NCBI GenBank assembly: GCA_963578805.1
Contig: CAUZDY010000002.1
Span: forward strand, 11,954-75,953
Length of the DNA stretch: 64,000 bases
Direction: 5' to 3'
Source: Vicinamibacteria bacterium
GTDB lineage: Bacteria; Acidobacteriota; Vicinamibacteria; Vicinamibacterales; UBA8438
A program made the translations under genes and the position numbers. The notes under the pieces are model-generated. The model was given only the letters and a program-made list of their open reading frames with translations, did no database searches and was not told the origin of the DNA. Shown here piece by piece: positions 7,980 to 17,142 of the stretch. Numbering within the stretch: position 1 is the first letter of the stretch; every line of letters starts with the position of its first letter.

Positions 7980-9182
7980 ATGAGCAACGAACCACTCGGC
8001 CCGCTCACAGGAACAACCGTCCTCGATTTCACCCGGGTTCTCTCAGGGCCGTACTGCACGATGATGCTCGCCGACATGGGGGCCCGGGTCATCAAGATCG
8101 AGCAACCGGGTCGAGGCGATGATACCCGCAGATGGGGCCCACCGTTCGAAGAGGGAGAAAGCTCATATTTCATGAGTGTCAACCGGAACAAGGAAAGCCT
8201 GACCCTTAATCTGAAGCATCCAGAGGGTCGACCGATACTTGAGGCGCTTCTCAATAAAGCTGACGTCCTGGTTGAGAACTTTCGGCCAGGGACATTGACA
8301 CGCATGAAACTGGGATACGCTGATGTCGCTGCCAGGTGGCCCGAGCTCGTCTACTGCTCCATCTCTGGTTTTGGTCACACCGGACCTCGCCGAGCGGAAC
8401 CCGGTTACGATGCTGTCCTCCAGGCCGAAGGTGGCCTGATGAGCATCACGGGCGAAGACGACGGGCCTGCGTACCGACTCGGCGTGGCAATCGCTGATAT
8501 CACCTCCGGGATGTTCGCAGCGTACGGCGTCGCGATGGCTCTGCTGGCCCGGCATCGGACGGGTCACGGCCAATTCGTGGACGTCGGCATGCTGGACTCC
8601 GTCGCGGCGCTACTCACGTATCAGGCGGGTATCTACTTCGCGACAAACCAGCCACCGCAGCGACTCGGCAACCGCCACCCGACGATCGTGCCCTACGAAG
8701 TATTAGAAGCGGGTGACGGCGAACTGGTGGTGGCGGTCGGAAACGACCAACTCTGGCGTACGTTTTGCGGCGTCCTCGGTGCGGACGACCTAGGGACCGA
8801 TCCACGGTTCGTAACGAACAAGGATCGCGTCGAGCGGCACGGGTTGCTTCGACCGATTCTCATTGACCGTCTTCGTGCCCGCCCCGCGGCCGACTGGATC
8901 TCGCTATTGACTGAGGCCGGTATCCCCTGTGGGGTGGTGCGTGACCTCGAAGAGGTCTTTTTGGACCCTCAAATTGTGGAGCGTGCCATGGTGGTCGCAC
9001 TTGATCACCCGGTGGCCGGTGCCATTCGCACACTGGGTGTTCCGGTCAAGCTGAACGACACGCCGGGCTCTATCCGTACGCCGCCCCCGACGCTCGGACA
9101 GCAGACTGAGGAGATCCTCGGAAGGGATCTTGGTCTTGAGCCGAGTTCGATCGCTCGACTGCGAAGGGCAGGGGCGATCTGA
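7980..9182 (+). CDS. Family III CoA-transferase (CaiB/BaiF type)
   Basis: GPLTGTTVLDFTRVLSGPYCTMMLADMGARVIKIE... and ...GLMSITG... are hallmarks of the CaiB/BaiF family. GAGGAG RBS upstream. Confidence 0.9.
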   Translation: MSNEPLGPLTGTTVLDFTRVLSGPYCTMMLADMGARVIKIEQPGRGDDTRRWGPPFEEGESSYFMSVNRNKESLTLNLKHPEGRPILEALLNKADVLVENFRPGTLTRMKLGYADVAARWPELVYCSISGFGHTGPRRAEPGYDAVLQAEGGLMSITGEDDGPAYRLGVAIADITSGMFAAYGVAMALLARHRTGHGQFVDVGMLDSVAALLTYQAGIYFATNQPPQRLGNRHPTIVPYEVLEAGDGELVVAVGNDQLWRTFCGVLGADDLGTDPRFVTNKDRVERHGLLRPILIDRLRARPAADWISLLTEAGIPCGVVRDLEEVFLDPQIVERAMVVALDHPVAGAIRTLGVPVKLNDTPGSIRTPPPTLGQQTEEILGRDLGLEPSSIARLRRAGAI

Positions 9183-9201
9183 GACGAGGCAGCCTCTTGT
9201 C

Positions 9202-9630
9202 TTACTCGACGAACGGCCCCAACGCGCCGAGCAGGTACTCCAGCACGTCCTCGTCACTCAAGGTCCCCAGCTGGGATCCCTCGCTGACGACTTTCTCCTC
9301 GACAAGTAAACGGCGGCCTCGGGTCCGACTGACGCGTCCCCTCAGCACTGACTGAGCACCCGTGGTGTCGAAGACCAGCTCGATGAAGTTGTCGCCGGAC
9401 GATTCGGCCGACATCCTCACGGCGTCAACGGGCGTCGAGACCCGAAAAGGGTGCCTTTCTGCCTTCAACGCAGCGGCGACAGCCTTGAACACCGGGGTCA
9501 CCACCCGGTGCAACGCCTGCTCCCCCGCACGGGTTTCGGACGCTATGCGAGCACGGCGTTCTTTCGACGCTCGTCTGGACTGGTCAATCATGTGCCGGAC
9601 GCGTTTTTGAATCTCGGAAATCTCAACCAT
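9202..9630 (-). CDS. Hypothetical protein (142 aa), last gene of the feo transcription unit
   Basis: ORF with GC-rich third positions, 15 nt downstream of the preceding gene. No recognisable motif. Confidence 0.5.
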   Translation of the reverse strand: MVEISEIQKRVRHMIDQSRRASKERRARIASETRAGEQALHRVVTPVFKAVAAALKAERHPFRVSTPVDAVRMSAESSGDNFIELVFDTTGAQSVLRGRVSRTRGRRLLVEEKVVSEGSQLGTLSDEDVLEYLLGALGPFVE

Positions 9631-9645
9631 GAACGTGGACTAGGA

Positions 9646-10080
9646 TCAGGTGCGGGGTGGCGTCCCAACCTCGTAGACGCGAACAAGTTCTATCAGCTTG
9701 TAGCCTTTGGTTTGATAGGGCGGAATGACCCGCTCAGTGCGAAGAAACTGAATCATGCCTTCGTCAGCATAGTCCGGAACTCCGATGTTCTCGTCTTCAC
9801 AGAGCGCCGACTCGATCTTCTCAAGCGTTATCACTTTGTCGGTCACCGTTCGAGCGCGCGGAAAGATGCCCCACAATCGGTCCTGATCGACACGCTGTCG
9901 GGTGCGAAATCTCAAGAAGATCTCGTTACTGATGAGGTTGTAGTCAACATCTGTTCGTGTTGAAACCGCATCTTCAATCCTGAGAAATGCAACCGTCTCG
10001 TGCTTCAGGAACCAGTCGATGAGTATCTGGGTGAAATCCCCCTCGCCGGACCACTTCTCCTGATCGAGGTGTTCGGACAT
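9646..10080 (-). CDS. Hypothetical protein (145 aa) immediately downstream of feoB
   Basis: The track ORF 9646..10485 overlaps feoB. It was trimmed to Met 10080 (MSEHLDQEKW...), 5 nt after the feoB stop. No recognisable motif. GC looks somewhat lower than in neighbours. Confidence 0.5.
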   Translation of the reverse strand: MSEHLDQEKWSGEGDFTQILIDWFLKHETVAFLRIEDAVSTRTDVDYNLISNEIFLRFRTRQRVDQDRLWGIFPRARTVTDKVITLEKIESALCEDENIGVPDYADEGMIQFLRTERVIPPYQTKGYKLIELVRVYEVGTPPRT

Positions 10081-10085
10081 TCGTC

Positions 10086-12308
10086 CTATCCCAGAAGTCT
10101 CCACACCTGAGCCACGAGAAAGCAGACCGTCAGTCCCATGACGAGTGGCAACAACGCTGCCAGTGTCGTCCATTTCACGCTCTTTGTTTCGCGATAAATG
10201 GTGTAAATGGTGGTGGAACACGGGTTGTGCAAAAGGCTGAAAAGCATAAGATTGACAGCCGTTAAGAGCGTCCACCCACCCGCTCGAAGCAACTGGCCCG
10301 TCGCGTCGGCGCTGTCGAGCTCGAACATGACCCCCGCCCCCGATCCCGCTCCGCCGACGTCGGCGGTGAGCACGGTAAGCATTAAGACGGTGGGAATGAC
10401 GATTTCGTTGGCCGGAATAGCCACGACATACGCGAGCAGGATAACCCCATTGAGTCCAATGAAGATCCCGAACGGATTCAGCCACGTCGCGGCATGCTCC
10501 GCGAGGCTTGCTTCGCCCATGTAGATATTCGAGCCCAACCAGATCACCGCGCCCGCAGGGGCCGCAAAGACGATCGCGCGCCAGAGCACGATCAGCGTGC
10601 GGTCAATCAGTGACGTATAGAGGGTCTGGAGGATGCGCGGCGGGCGATACGGGGGCAACTCAAGACTGAAGCTCGTCGCTTCGCCACGAAGGACGGTCCG
10701 TGACAACAGCCAGGACGTCACAAACATTACTAAAATTCCAAGAACCGCGATACCGACAACCGCGGCCGCCGACACGAGTCCCGCGAGCCGTGCTGGCGCC
10801 AGTGCCCCAATGAAGATCGTCGCGATAAGGATCTGTGTGGGCCATCGCCCGTTGCAAAGTGAAAAATTATTCGTGATGATTGCGATAAGTCGTTCCCGAG
10901 GACTGTCAATGACGCGGGTGGCCACCACACCGGCCGCGTTGCACCCAAAGCCCATACACATCGTGAGCGCCTGCTTACCATGGGCTCCGGCCGAGCGAAA
11001 GAGCGCATCGAGGTTGAATGCGACACGCGGAAGGTAGCCAAAATCCTCGAGTAACGTGAACAACGGGAAGAAGATGGCCATTGGTGGAAGCATGACCGCG
11101 ACCACCCAGGCCGTTGCCAGATAGATTCCGTCACAGACGAACCCATTCAGCCACCACGGAAGACCAACCGCACCACCAAGACCCTTCAGCCAAGGATGCG
11201 CCGTATCAATGAGGAGCGTCGCGAGCATCCCGGATGGAACGTTGGCACCCTCGATCGTGATCCAGAAGACACCGGCGAGTATCGCAAGCATCAGCGGAAA
11301 GCCGAGCCACCGGCTCGTCAGTAGTGCGTCAAGGGTTCGGTCAACATCGAAACCAGCCTTCTTGAGCCCTCGCATCTGAACCTTCCCGGCGATCTTCTCT
11401 GCGGCGGCATAGAGACGCTCGCTAATCCGGTCGTGAAAGTCGATTGGGAGGTCCCACCGAAACCGTCGCGCGGTATCCAGCACGTGCGTTCGTGCGGTCT
11501 CCGTTGTGACCGCGTGATCAACGATGTCTGGCCCATCACCCAACTGCCCCAGCTCTCCCGATCGAACCGCCTCAATTACCGCCTCGTCGGCGTTCAAGAG
11601 GCGGAGCGCGACCCACCGGGAATTTGGCACGCGCGGAAAAGTATCGTCAACCACCTGCGCGAGCGCGGCCACCGTGTCCTCGACCTCATCGGCATGCCGG
11701 GCCAGTCGGTACGGCCGGGTCAGAGTTTCGCCGACAGAGAGACGGTGGGCGGCGTCGAGTAGGTCATCGATCCCGACTCGGTCTTTCGCGATTCCGGTAA
11801 TAACCGGTACTCCCAGCTCTCGCTCTAAAAGCCTCGCTTCGACGGCGATGCCCCGCCGCCTGGCCTCGTCAACCAGATTAAGGTAGACGACCACACGGTC
11901 AGTGATATCCAGGATCTGCAGGACGAGGTTGAGGTTCCGTTCAAGACGAGTGGCATCGACCACGGCGATAGTGACATCGGGTCGGCCGAATAAAATGAAG
12001 TCGCGCGCGACCTCCTCGTCCACGCTCCCAGCCTGGAGCGAGTATGTGCCAGGAAGGTCGACGACCTTCATCCGCTTTCCCTGGTGAGTAAAGACTCCCT
12101 CAGCGCGCACGATCGTCTTGCCCGGCCAGTTGCCAGTATGCTGCCGAAGCCCGGTGATGGCGTTAAACACCGTGCTCTTTCCAACGTTGGGGTTCCCAGC
12201 GAGCGCGATCAGCACGTCCCACTTGTCTGGGCTCAGGCCGAGCCGGACCAGACTGTCGGTTCGATGCTGTGAGCAGCCGACGCACGAGCCTAATGACAAC
12301 CCAGACAT
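10086..12308 (-). CDS. feoB: Ferrous iron transporter FeoB (N-terminal G-domain + membrane permease)
   Basis: The GNPNVGKSTVFNAITG P-loop, DLPGTYSL, and long polytopic C-terminal region are typical of FeoB. Confidence 0.95.
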   Translation of the reverse strand: MSGLSLGSCVGCSQHRTDSLVRLGLSPDKWDVLIALAGNPNVGKSTVFNAITGLRQHTGNWPGKTIVRAEGVFTHQGKRMKVVDLPGTYSLQAGSVDEEVARDFILFGRPDVTIAVVDATRLERNLNLVLQILDITDRVVVYLNLVDEARRRGIAVEARLLERELGVPVITGIAKDRVGIDDLLDAAHRLSVGETLTRPYRLARHADEVEDTVAALAQVVDDTFPRVPNSRWVALRLLNADEAVIEAVRSGELGQLGDGPDIVDHAVTTETARTHVLDTARRFRWDLPIDFHDRISERLYAAAEKIAGKVQMRGLKKAGFDVDRTLDALLTSRWLGFPLMLAILAGVFWITIEGANVPSGMLATLLIDTAHPWLKGLGGAVGLPWWLNGFVCDGIYLATAWVVAVMLPPMAIFFPLFTLLEDFGYLPRVAFNLDALFRSAGAHGKQALTMCMGFGCNAAGVVATRVIDSPRERLIAIITNNFSLCNGRWPTQILIATIFIGALAPARLAGLVSAAAVVGIAVLGILVMFVTSWLLSRTVLRGEATSFSLELPPYRPPRILQTLYTSLIDRTLIVLWRAIVFAAPAGAVIWLGSNIYMGEASLAEHAATWLNPFGIFIGLNGVILLAYVVAIPANEIVIPTVLMLTVLTADVGGAGSGAGVMFELDSADATGQLLRAGGWTLLTAVNLMLFSLLHNPCSTTIYTIYRETKSVKWTTLAALLPLVMGLTVCFLVAQVWRLLG

Positions 12309-13351
12309 CAGGCCACCTCGGCAGCGTCGTGGTTCTCAGTCCGCTCGACTACGATCCAGGACGCCTGTCTCCTACGTAGCGCAATCAGCGCACCCCGTAT
12401 TCGGTAGGCCACGGGGTCCCCGGCCGCACTGACCAACTCGGGTGTGATCTCGGTACCACGTACGACTCCGAGGTCGAGTAGTCTTCGACGCTGAGTACCC
12501 TGACAGGCGCCGGATATCTCAATCACTCGCACCGTCTCATCCGGCTGCACATCGAGGAGAGTGATCCCATCCGACTCGGCGTGCGTGCCTGCTGGTAACT
12601 GCCTCACACTGACATTTCGCGCAGCGACCGAGTCGAGAGTCCACTCGCGGCCACCGGTGCGCACGCGAACGCCACGGTCGGTTCTCGCGATGACTGTAAG
12701 ACGTCCTCCGAGCACCAGGCCGTCATCCAGGAGCGCGTCGTAGATCTCACGTGGTTCGTCCTCGAGATGGACGACCTCCACCGTGCAGCCGGTGTCGGCA
12801 CTCAGAAGTCCGATGCCCGGCGCCGGCGGGATCTCTCCATCCGATGTAGGGATTGGATCGCCGTGCGGGTCCCAGGTCGGATGACCCAGTCTTGACTCAA
12901 GACTATCGGTTTGCTCGGGCGACAGCGAGTGCTCCATCCGCTCCGCTTGGTCGTGCCATTCGATAGGCGGTACGCCGGTTCGATCGGCCAGATACCGTTC
13001 CCAAAGACGATGGCTGCGAACGATCCGTACCGCTGTTTGCACCCCGTCGTGGGTCAGCGCCGGTCCGTCGCCATCCATCTGGACTAGACCCATTTCCGCC
13101 AAGCGGGAAAGGAGCGGGGCTGCCTGCGCCGTGGAGACCTCCAACCTTCCGGCAAGACTCTCCAACGAGCACGCCTGTCCGCTCTGCTCGCACATGAATA
13201 CATGCTTCAATGCATCCTCCAACCGGACGCGTTCGCCCAATCGGGATCGGCGCAGGAGGCGTGGCGCGACACCAACCCCTGGCCAGGCCAGGAGCGCGAG
13301 GAGAAGAGTGATCCCGAAGAACACAATAAGCGTAAAACCAGGGCCTACCAT
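12308..13351 (-). CDS. Membrane-anchored DtxR-family regulator fused to two FeoA/SH3-like domains
   Basis: N-terminal TM helix (FTLIVFFGITLLLALLAW). DtxR core (RIVRSHRLWERYLAD...HDQAERMEHSLS...DPHGDPIP). Two FeoA-like modules follow; the last (VRVIEISGACQGTQRRRLLDLGVVRGTEITPELVSAAGDPVAYRIRGALIALRRRQASWIVVE) is canonical FeoA. The stop overlaps the feoB ATG by 1 nt. Confidence 0.75.
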   Translation of the reverse strand: MVGPGFTLIVFFGITLLLALLAWPGVGVAPRLLRRSRLGERVRLEDALKHVFMCEQSGQACSLESLAGRLEVSTAQAAPLLSRLAEMGLVQMDGDGPALTHDGVQTAVRIVRSHRLWERYLADRTGVPPIEWHDQAERMEHSLSPEQTDSLESRLGHPTWDPHGDPIPTSDGEIPPAPGIGLLSADTGCTVEVVHLEDEPREIYDALLDDGLVLGGRLTVIARTDRGVRVRTGGREWTLDSVAARNVSVRQLPAGTHAESDGITLLDVQPDETVRVIEISGACQGTQRRRLLDLGVVRGTEITPELVSAAGDPVAYRIRGALIALRRRQASWIVVERTENHDAAEVA

Positions 13352-13438
13352 CGATATGTGCTCATTCCAGCTTGAGACTGAGTCCCAGTCGCGCGCAATC
13401 TGATCCAGGCGCAGAAATATTTGATATTTGACAAATTA

Positions 13439-13456
13439 AATTTTGATGATTCAAAA
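13439..13456. promoter_or_regulatory. Inverted repeat ATTTTGA-N4-TCAAAAT in the AT-rich divergent feo/ideR promoter region (candidate metalloregulator operator)
   Basis: Seen directly. It overlaps a TTGACA(13427-13432)-N18-CAAAAT promoter-like arrangement facing the IdeR-like gene. The surrounding ~90 bp is strongly AT-rich in a GC-rich genome. Confidence 0.4.
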
Positions 13457-13523
13457 TATGCAAATACATCTTGATACCCCGCATGCGACAAGTCAAGCTT
13501 AGCTCTGCGGAAGGCTGAAACAT

Positions 13524-14207
13524 TTGCCACCTACAAGCACTGTTGAGAACTATCTCAAGGCCATCTTCAAGGCCCAGACGGCCCAAGGTAAAGAGAAGCA
13601 ACTGGTCTCAATGGGTCAGCTGGCAGCTTCACTCGACGTCGTGCCAGGCACAGCGACGACCATGGTCAAGGCGCTGGCTGAGTCGGGGCTAGTCCACTAC
13701 GAGCCGTATGCGGGTGTTCGTCTAACGGATGCCGGCCACAAACTTGCGGCTTTGGTCCTTCGACGCCACCGTCTGATGGAGTTGTTCCTCGTTAAGATCA
13801 TCGGGATGAGCTGGGCTGAGGTTCATGACGAGGCCGAACGCCTGGAGCACGCGGCATCAGATCAGCTGATCGAGCGGATCGACGTCATGCTGGGGTGCCC
13901 GTCAACCGATCCGCATGGTGACCCGATCCCGAACTCCGAGGGCACCGTGGTAACGCGCGAATACGAAACCCTACTCACCTGTCCCGTCGACACGCCCGTT
14001 GTCCTGGCTCGTGTCACCGACCAGGACGCGGAGTTTCTCCGTTTCCTGGAAGGGAACGATCTAACACCAGGTCAACCGATTAGCGTGGAAATCCGAGATG
14101 CCGCCGCAGACCAAGTGGTGGTGCGTGCAAAGAACAACCGGCAGATCATGATCGGGATGCGTGCCGCTGCGAAACTACAAGTCGCACCGGCGGACTCGGT
14201 GTCGTGA
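13524..14207 (+). CDS. DtxR/IdeR/MntR-family metal-dependent transcriptional repressor
   Basis: VENYLKAIF..., VPGTATTMVKALAESGLVHY wHTH, RRHRLMELFL...HDEAERLEHA...DPHGDPIP metal sites, C-terminal SH3-like domain. TTG start with GGAAGG upstream. Confidence 0.9.
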   Translation: MPPTSTVENYLKAIFKAQTAQGKEKQLVSMGQLAASLDVVPGTATTMVKALAESGLVHYEPYAGVRLTDAGHKLAALVLRRHRLMELFLVKIIGMSWAEVHDEAERLEHAASDQLIERIDVMLGCPSTDPHGDPIPNSEGTVVTREYETLLTCPVDTPVVLARVTDQDAEFLRFLEGNDLTPGQPISVEIRDAAADQVVVRAKNNRQIMIGMRAAAKLQVAPADSVS

Positions 14208-14317
14208 GTCCCAGCCTCGTCACTCTGACGGTCATCCTAGAACGTGGTAAACAGCTTTATCTCCGTCCGTTTCGTTGAAGTCGTTTTGTGCGCGAGAGAG
14301 CAGCGATTAGCGCGGAT

Positions 14318-14950
14318 TTAGTCAACGAATACTTCGGCAATCACGATACCACTCTCGCCCGCGACCGCGTACAACAAAAAGACGCGTCCGTCCTCCTCGG
14401 AAATGGCCGGGTCTCTAAGCGGATTCACATGGCCGTAGGCCGTGCTGCCCATCGACGGCTCAAGCGGTGCGTCGGCTCCTTCCCAGTCGAATTCTGGACG
14501 CAGCAGCTCAACGGGCGCTGTTTCCGACCAGCCGCTCCAGTCACCGGACAGGTCGATCGTACTCAACAGGATCCGCTCAGGAACCTCGCCTGCCTCGGTC
14601 CAGAACACGAACAGGGTGTCACCACGCACCAGCATCGCCGAGTGACGCATGTTGGGATTGAAGAGACGCGGTCCCTCTCCGAACCCGCCAAGTGGGTCGC
14701 GAGACCGGTAGAACTGCCCCGGCATGGACATGGCGTAGGTGTAACCACCGTACGGGAAGACACGCATATCGGTCCGGCCCAGCATGTCCGGTCGCGCTTC
14801 GAAGTGAACGCCATCCAGTGAAGTGGCCACGCGAGAGACTTGACGACTAACCCCGTCGTGACCATGGGAGTACACGACGATCCGACGGTTCTCATTGTCG
14901 ACATGCACGTCGGGGGAGGCTATGTGCGGCGTCGTGACCTCCATCAGCAA
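14318..14950 (-). pseudogene. Beta-propeller glycosyl-hydrolase-like protein, probably 5'-truncated
   Basis: The C-terminal blade motif LRDPAISEEDGRVFLLYAVAGESGIVIAEV and WTEAGE... repeats resemble GH32/43/130-type propellers. Only ~210 aa. The 5' end collides head-on with the HNH ORF, and in-frame stops lie just upstream. Confidence 0.4.
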
Positions 14951-15341
14951 GTCGTGCGGTATCGGTCGGCGGCCGGCCCGCTCGGCCCGCAGACGCTCGA
15001 GTTCCTCTTACTATGAGCGTGATCCCAAGCTGAGGGCGCAAGCCATCGCAATACACGAGACTAAATGCATGGTCGAGTTGTGCAGCATGGATTTCCACAA
15101 GAGGTACGGCCCACATGGAGAAGACTTTATTGAGGTCCACCACCTCACGCCCCTAAGCACACTCGATCCCGCTGCATTGAAACGCACCGCTCCCAAAACA
15201 GACATGGTGGTTGTCTGCTTAAACTGTCACAGGATGATTCATCGTCGTCTCGACAAAATCCTTACGCTTGAGGAAGTGAACACCATGATCAGAAACCAAG
15301 CGAAAAGCCCTGGATTTGAACCGCCTGTCGGTCAGCGGTAG
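14895..15341 (+). CDS. HNH endonuclease domain protein (possibly N-terminally truncated)
   Basis: FIEVHHLTPLS ... VVVCLNCHRMIHRR is an HNH motif with a Cys zinc-ribbon pair. The recognisable domain begins near 14985. Locally low GC. Confidence 0.7.
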   Translation: MSTCTSGEAMCGVVTSISKSCGIGRRPARSARRRSSSSYYERDPKLRAQAIAIHETKCMVELCSMDFHKRYGPHGEDFIEVHHLTPLSTLDPAALKRTAPKTDMVVVCLNCHRMIHRRLDKILTLEEVNTMIRNQAKSPGFEPPVGQR

Positions 15342-15358
15342 GCTAGGCGCTTCAGCCG

Positions 15359-15850
15359 ATGACCTACACGACGATACGAGGAGCACGCCAACACTCGGCG
15401 GCGAACCAGCAACATGTGGATCGCGCAGTGGACGTGTTATTCACGGAGTTCGGAGAAGCCCGTGCGTCCCCCGACAAGCTACGTGAGAACCTGACTAACT
15501 CGCGAAACGTCCTGCTTTCATCCGACGCAGGAGTGGCACTCGTGCTGAGAGCTGGCGAGGTGGGCCAGAAACTCTGGCAGTTGTGGGTGGAGGAGAAAGC
15601 CCGAGGCCAAGGCATTGGTAGTGCGCTACTGAAACACATCATCTCGACCTACACGGCTGACCATGTGATGGAGTTGGAGTGCCCTGAGGCACGCGAAAAC
15701 TTCTACAAGCGCCACGGCTTTCACCCACTCTTTAGGGCTAGGGGGGTTGCCCGCCTCTATATGGCCGGTCCTGGAGAGAGTGAGTCAGACGTTCTGCATC
15801 GGCTGCCCGCAAAGCATCCCGCTAGACTCGTTCGGTCGGATGCGTTATGA
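15359..15850 (+). CDS. GNAT-family N-acetyltransferase
   Basis: QLWVEEKARGQGIGSALLKHII (acetyl-CoA binding motif A, R/Q-x-x-G-x-G/A) and FYKRHGF. Confidence 0.8.
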   Translation: MTYTTIRGARQHSAANQQHVDRAVDVLFTEFGEARASPDKLRENLTNSRNVLLSSDAGVALVLRAGEVGQKLWQLWVEEKARGQGIGSALLKHIISTYTADHVMELECPEARENFYKRHGFHPLFRARGVARLYMAGPGESESDVLHRLPAKHPARLVRSDAL

Positions 15851-15867
15851 GAAAAGTGCAGTTCCCA

Positions 15868-16077
15868 CTACCACGGCCTTTTGACCGTGATCGCCGCCGC
15901 CATCTCGGCCCGTTCGCGGGCTTTTCCGACCGCTCTGTCTGTTAGGTCCCGAGCGGCCCCGAGGGCCACGCTTTCAGACTCGGCCGTGAGCAGGCGTTCG
16001 AGGACATCGACGGCGCGTGGCGCGAGACCTCTGATCCTCGCCTCAGCGAGTTCCAGCGCCGCCTCCGCTTTAGCCAT
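15868..16077 (-). CDS. Small helical hypothetical protein (69 aa)
   Basis: ATG start and GC-rich third positions. The sequence MAKAEAALELAEARIRGLAPRAVDVLERLLTAESESVALGAARDL... looks helical. No function assignable. Confidence 0.35.
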   Translation of the reverse strand: MAKAEAALELAEARIRGLAPRAVDVLERLLTAESESVALGAARDLTDRAVGKARERAEMAAAITVKRPW

Positions 16078-16209
16078 TGCTTACGGGCTTTTGCCGCCGT
16101 GCGTCTCGCAGATGGCCTGTCCCTGCATAGCCGAGCGTGCCGGTTATCGATCACCGGTTCGTTTTGTTCCATGAGGTCAGTCGGCTCAATAAGGTCACCT
16201 TGTTTGAAA

Positions 16210-16330
16210 CCAAAAATGGCGGCTACAAATTCCGGGCGAGTATATATACATATTGGACCCCCCTCGCGGTTTTCGGTTCGTTCAAGATAGCCCCACAAAA
16301 AACCGATACCCGGGGATGCTAAAACCCCCG
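16210..16330. repeat. Intergenic repeat element, copy A
   Basis: Aligns with copy B (18101-18224). A 67-nt imperfect hairpin (16210-16276) is centred on TATATATACATAT. A GC hairpin (16311-16330) with an adjacent A-run (16297-16302) gives hairpin + T-run on the minus strand. Confidence 0.6.
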
Positions 16331-16514
16331 TCTGGGCCGGTCATATCCGTGGGCAGCCAGAAGGTTTGTGGGCAACGCTGAGAAGCTCAAAAGCCTTAGT
16401 GTTGCAGTAGCCCGCTTTAGGTCGTCAATACGACTCCCGCCGCCTCCACCATGTTCCCCTATAAACACAGGGGCCTTACCATGTCACTTGCCCGTCTCCC
16501 CGCACGAGGGAGAG

Positions 16515-16952
16515 CTAGTCGCCGGACTCCAACTGTTTCTTGATCATGCCCTGGATGTACTCGAACTGCGTCCGTCCACTCTCCGTTTCTTTGGAGGCCC
16601 ATTCCACATTTTGGAACGCCGTCGGCGACTCGTCCGCTCGGATTTGGTCCAAGTAGGGCGCGATCTTAGCAAAGAAGAAAAGACCCTCCCCATTGTTCTG
16701 GGTCAAGTAATCGGCATTGACGACACCGCTTCTTGCCATCCCGAAGACCATTTCCCAATAGGAGCTCAGCTGACGCCATGCACCGTTTAAAGGATGGTCG
16801 AAATTGCGGAGCTCTTTGACATCGTCATAGCTCTTGGGCCAGAACTGGAAATTGATGGCATCACGATTCTCTCGCGTCTTGGCTTCCCGGCGCATCTCGT
16901 AGACGCGAAGCACCAGATCGGCATCATGGTAATCGGGCTTTTCGGCTGACAT
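16515..16952 (-). CDS. Conserved-looking hypothetical protein (145 aa)
   Basis: Clean ORF (MSAEKPDYHDADLVLRVYEMRREAKTRENRDAINFQFWPKSYDDV...). No catalytic motif recognised. Lower GC than the flanks. Confidence 0.6.
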   Translation of the reverse strand: MSAEKPDYHDADLVLRVYEMRREAKTRENRDAINFQFWPKSYDDVKELRNFDHPLNGAWRQLSSYWEMVFGMARSGVVNADYLTQNNGEGLFFFAKIAPYLDQIRADESPTAFQNVEWASKETESGRTQFEYIQGMIKKQLESGD

Positions 16953-17142
16953 TTCGTTAACAAGTTCCTTCTAAACAAAAATTGGATTGATTCGGAAATT
17001 CGAGGAGACTCATTCTACCACGCGGTCCCACCTCCGCAGACGGAGGATGCAATGTGGGAGTGGCTACTGACTTTTGGATCCCGTTACAAAAGTAGCGGGT
17101 CAACGGGGACGGGGGTGAGTCACGCGGGTGCGCGGCGTCCCC

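Noticed and set aside
9646-10485. 279-aa version of the ORF downstream of feoB
   Set aside because: Its first 135 codons overlap the feoB C-terminal coding region in another frame and are Arg/His-rich nonsense. It was trimmed to Met 10080.
15881-16174. Plus-strand ORF ending ...GLLPPCVSQMACPCIAERAGYRSPVRFVP just before repeat A, considered as a second Cys-containing peptide gene parallel to the GG-leader sORF before repeat B
   Set aside because: It has no double-glycine or other recognisable leader and no RBS. It is antisense to a better-supported 69-aa ORF (15868-16077) with GC-rich third positions.
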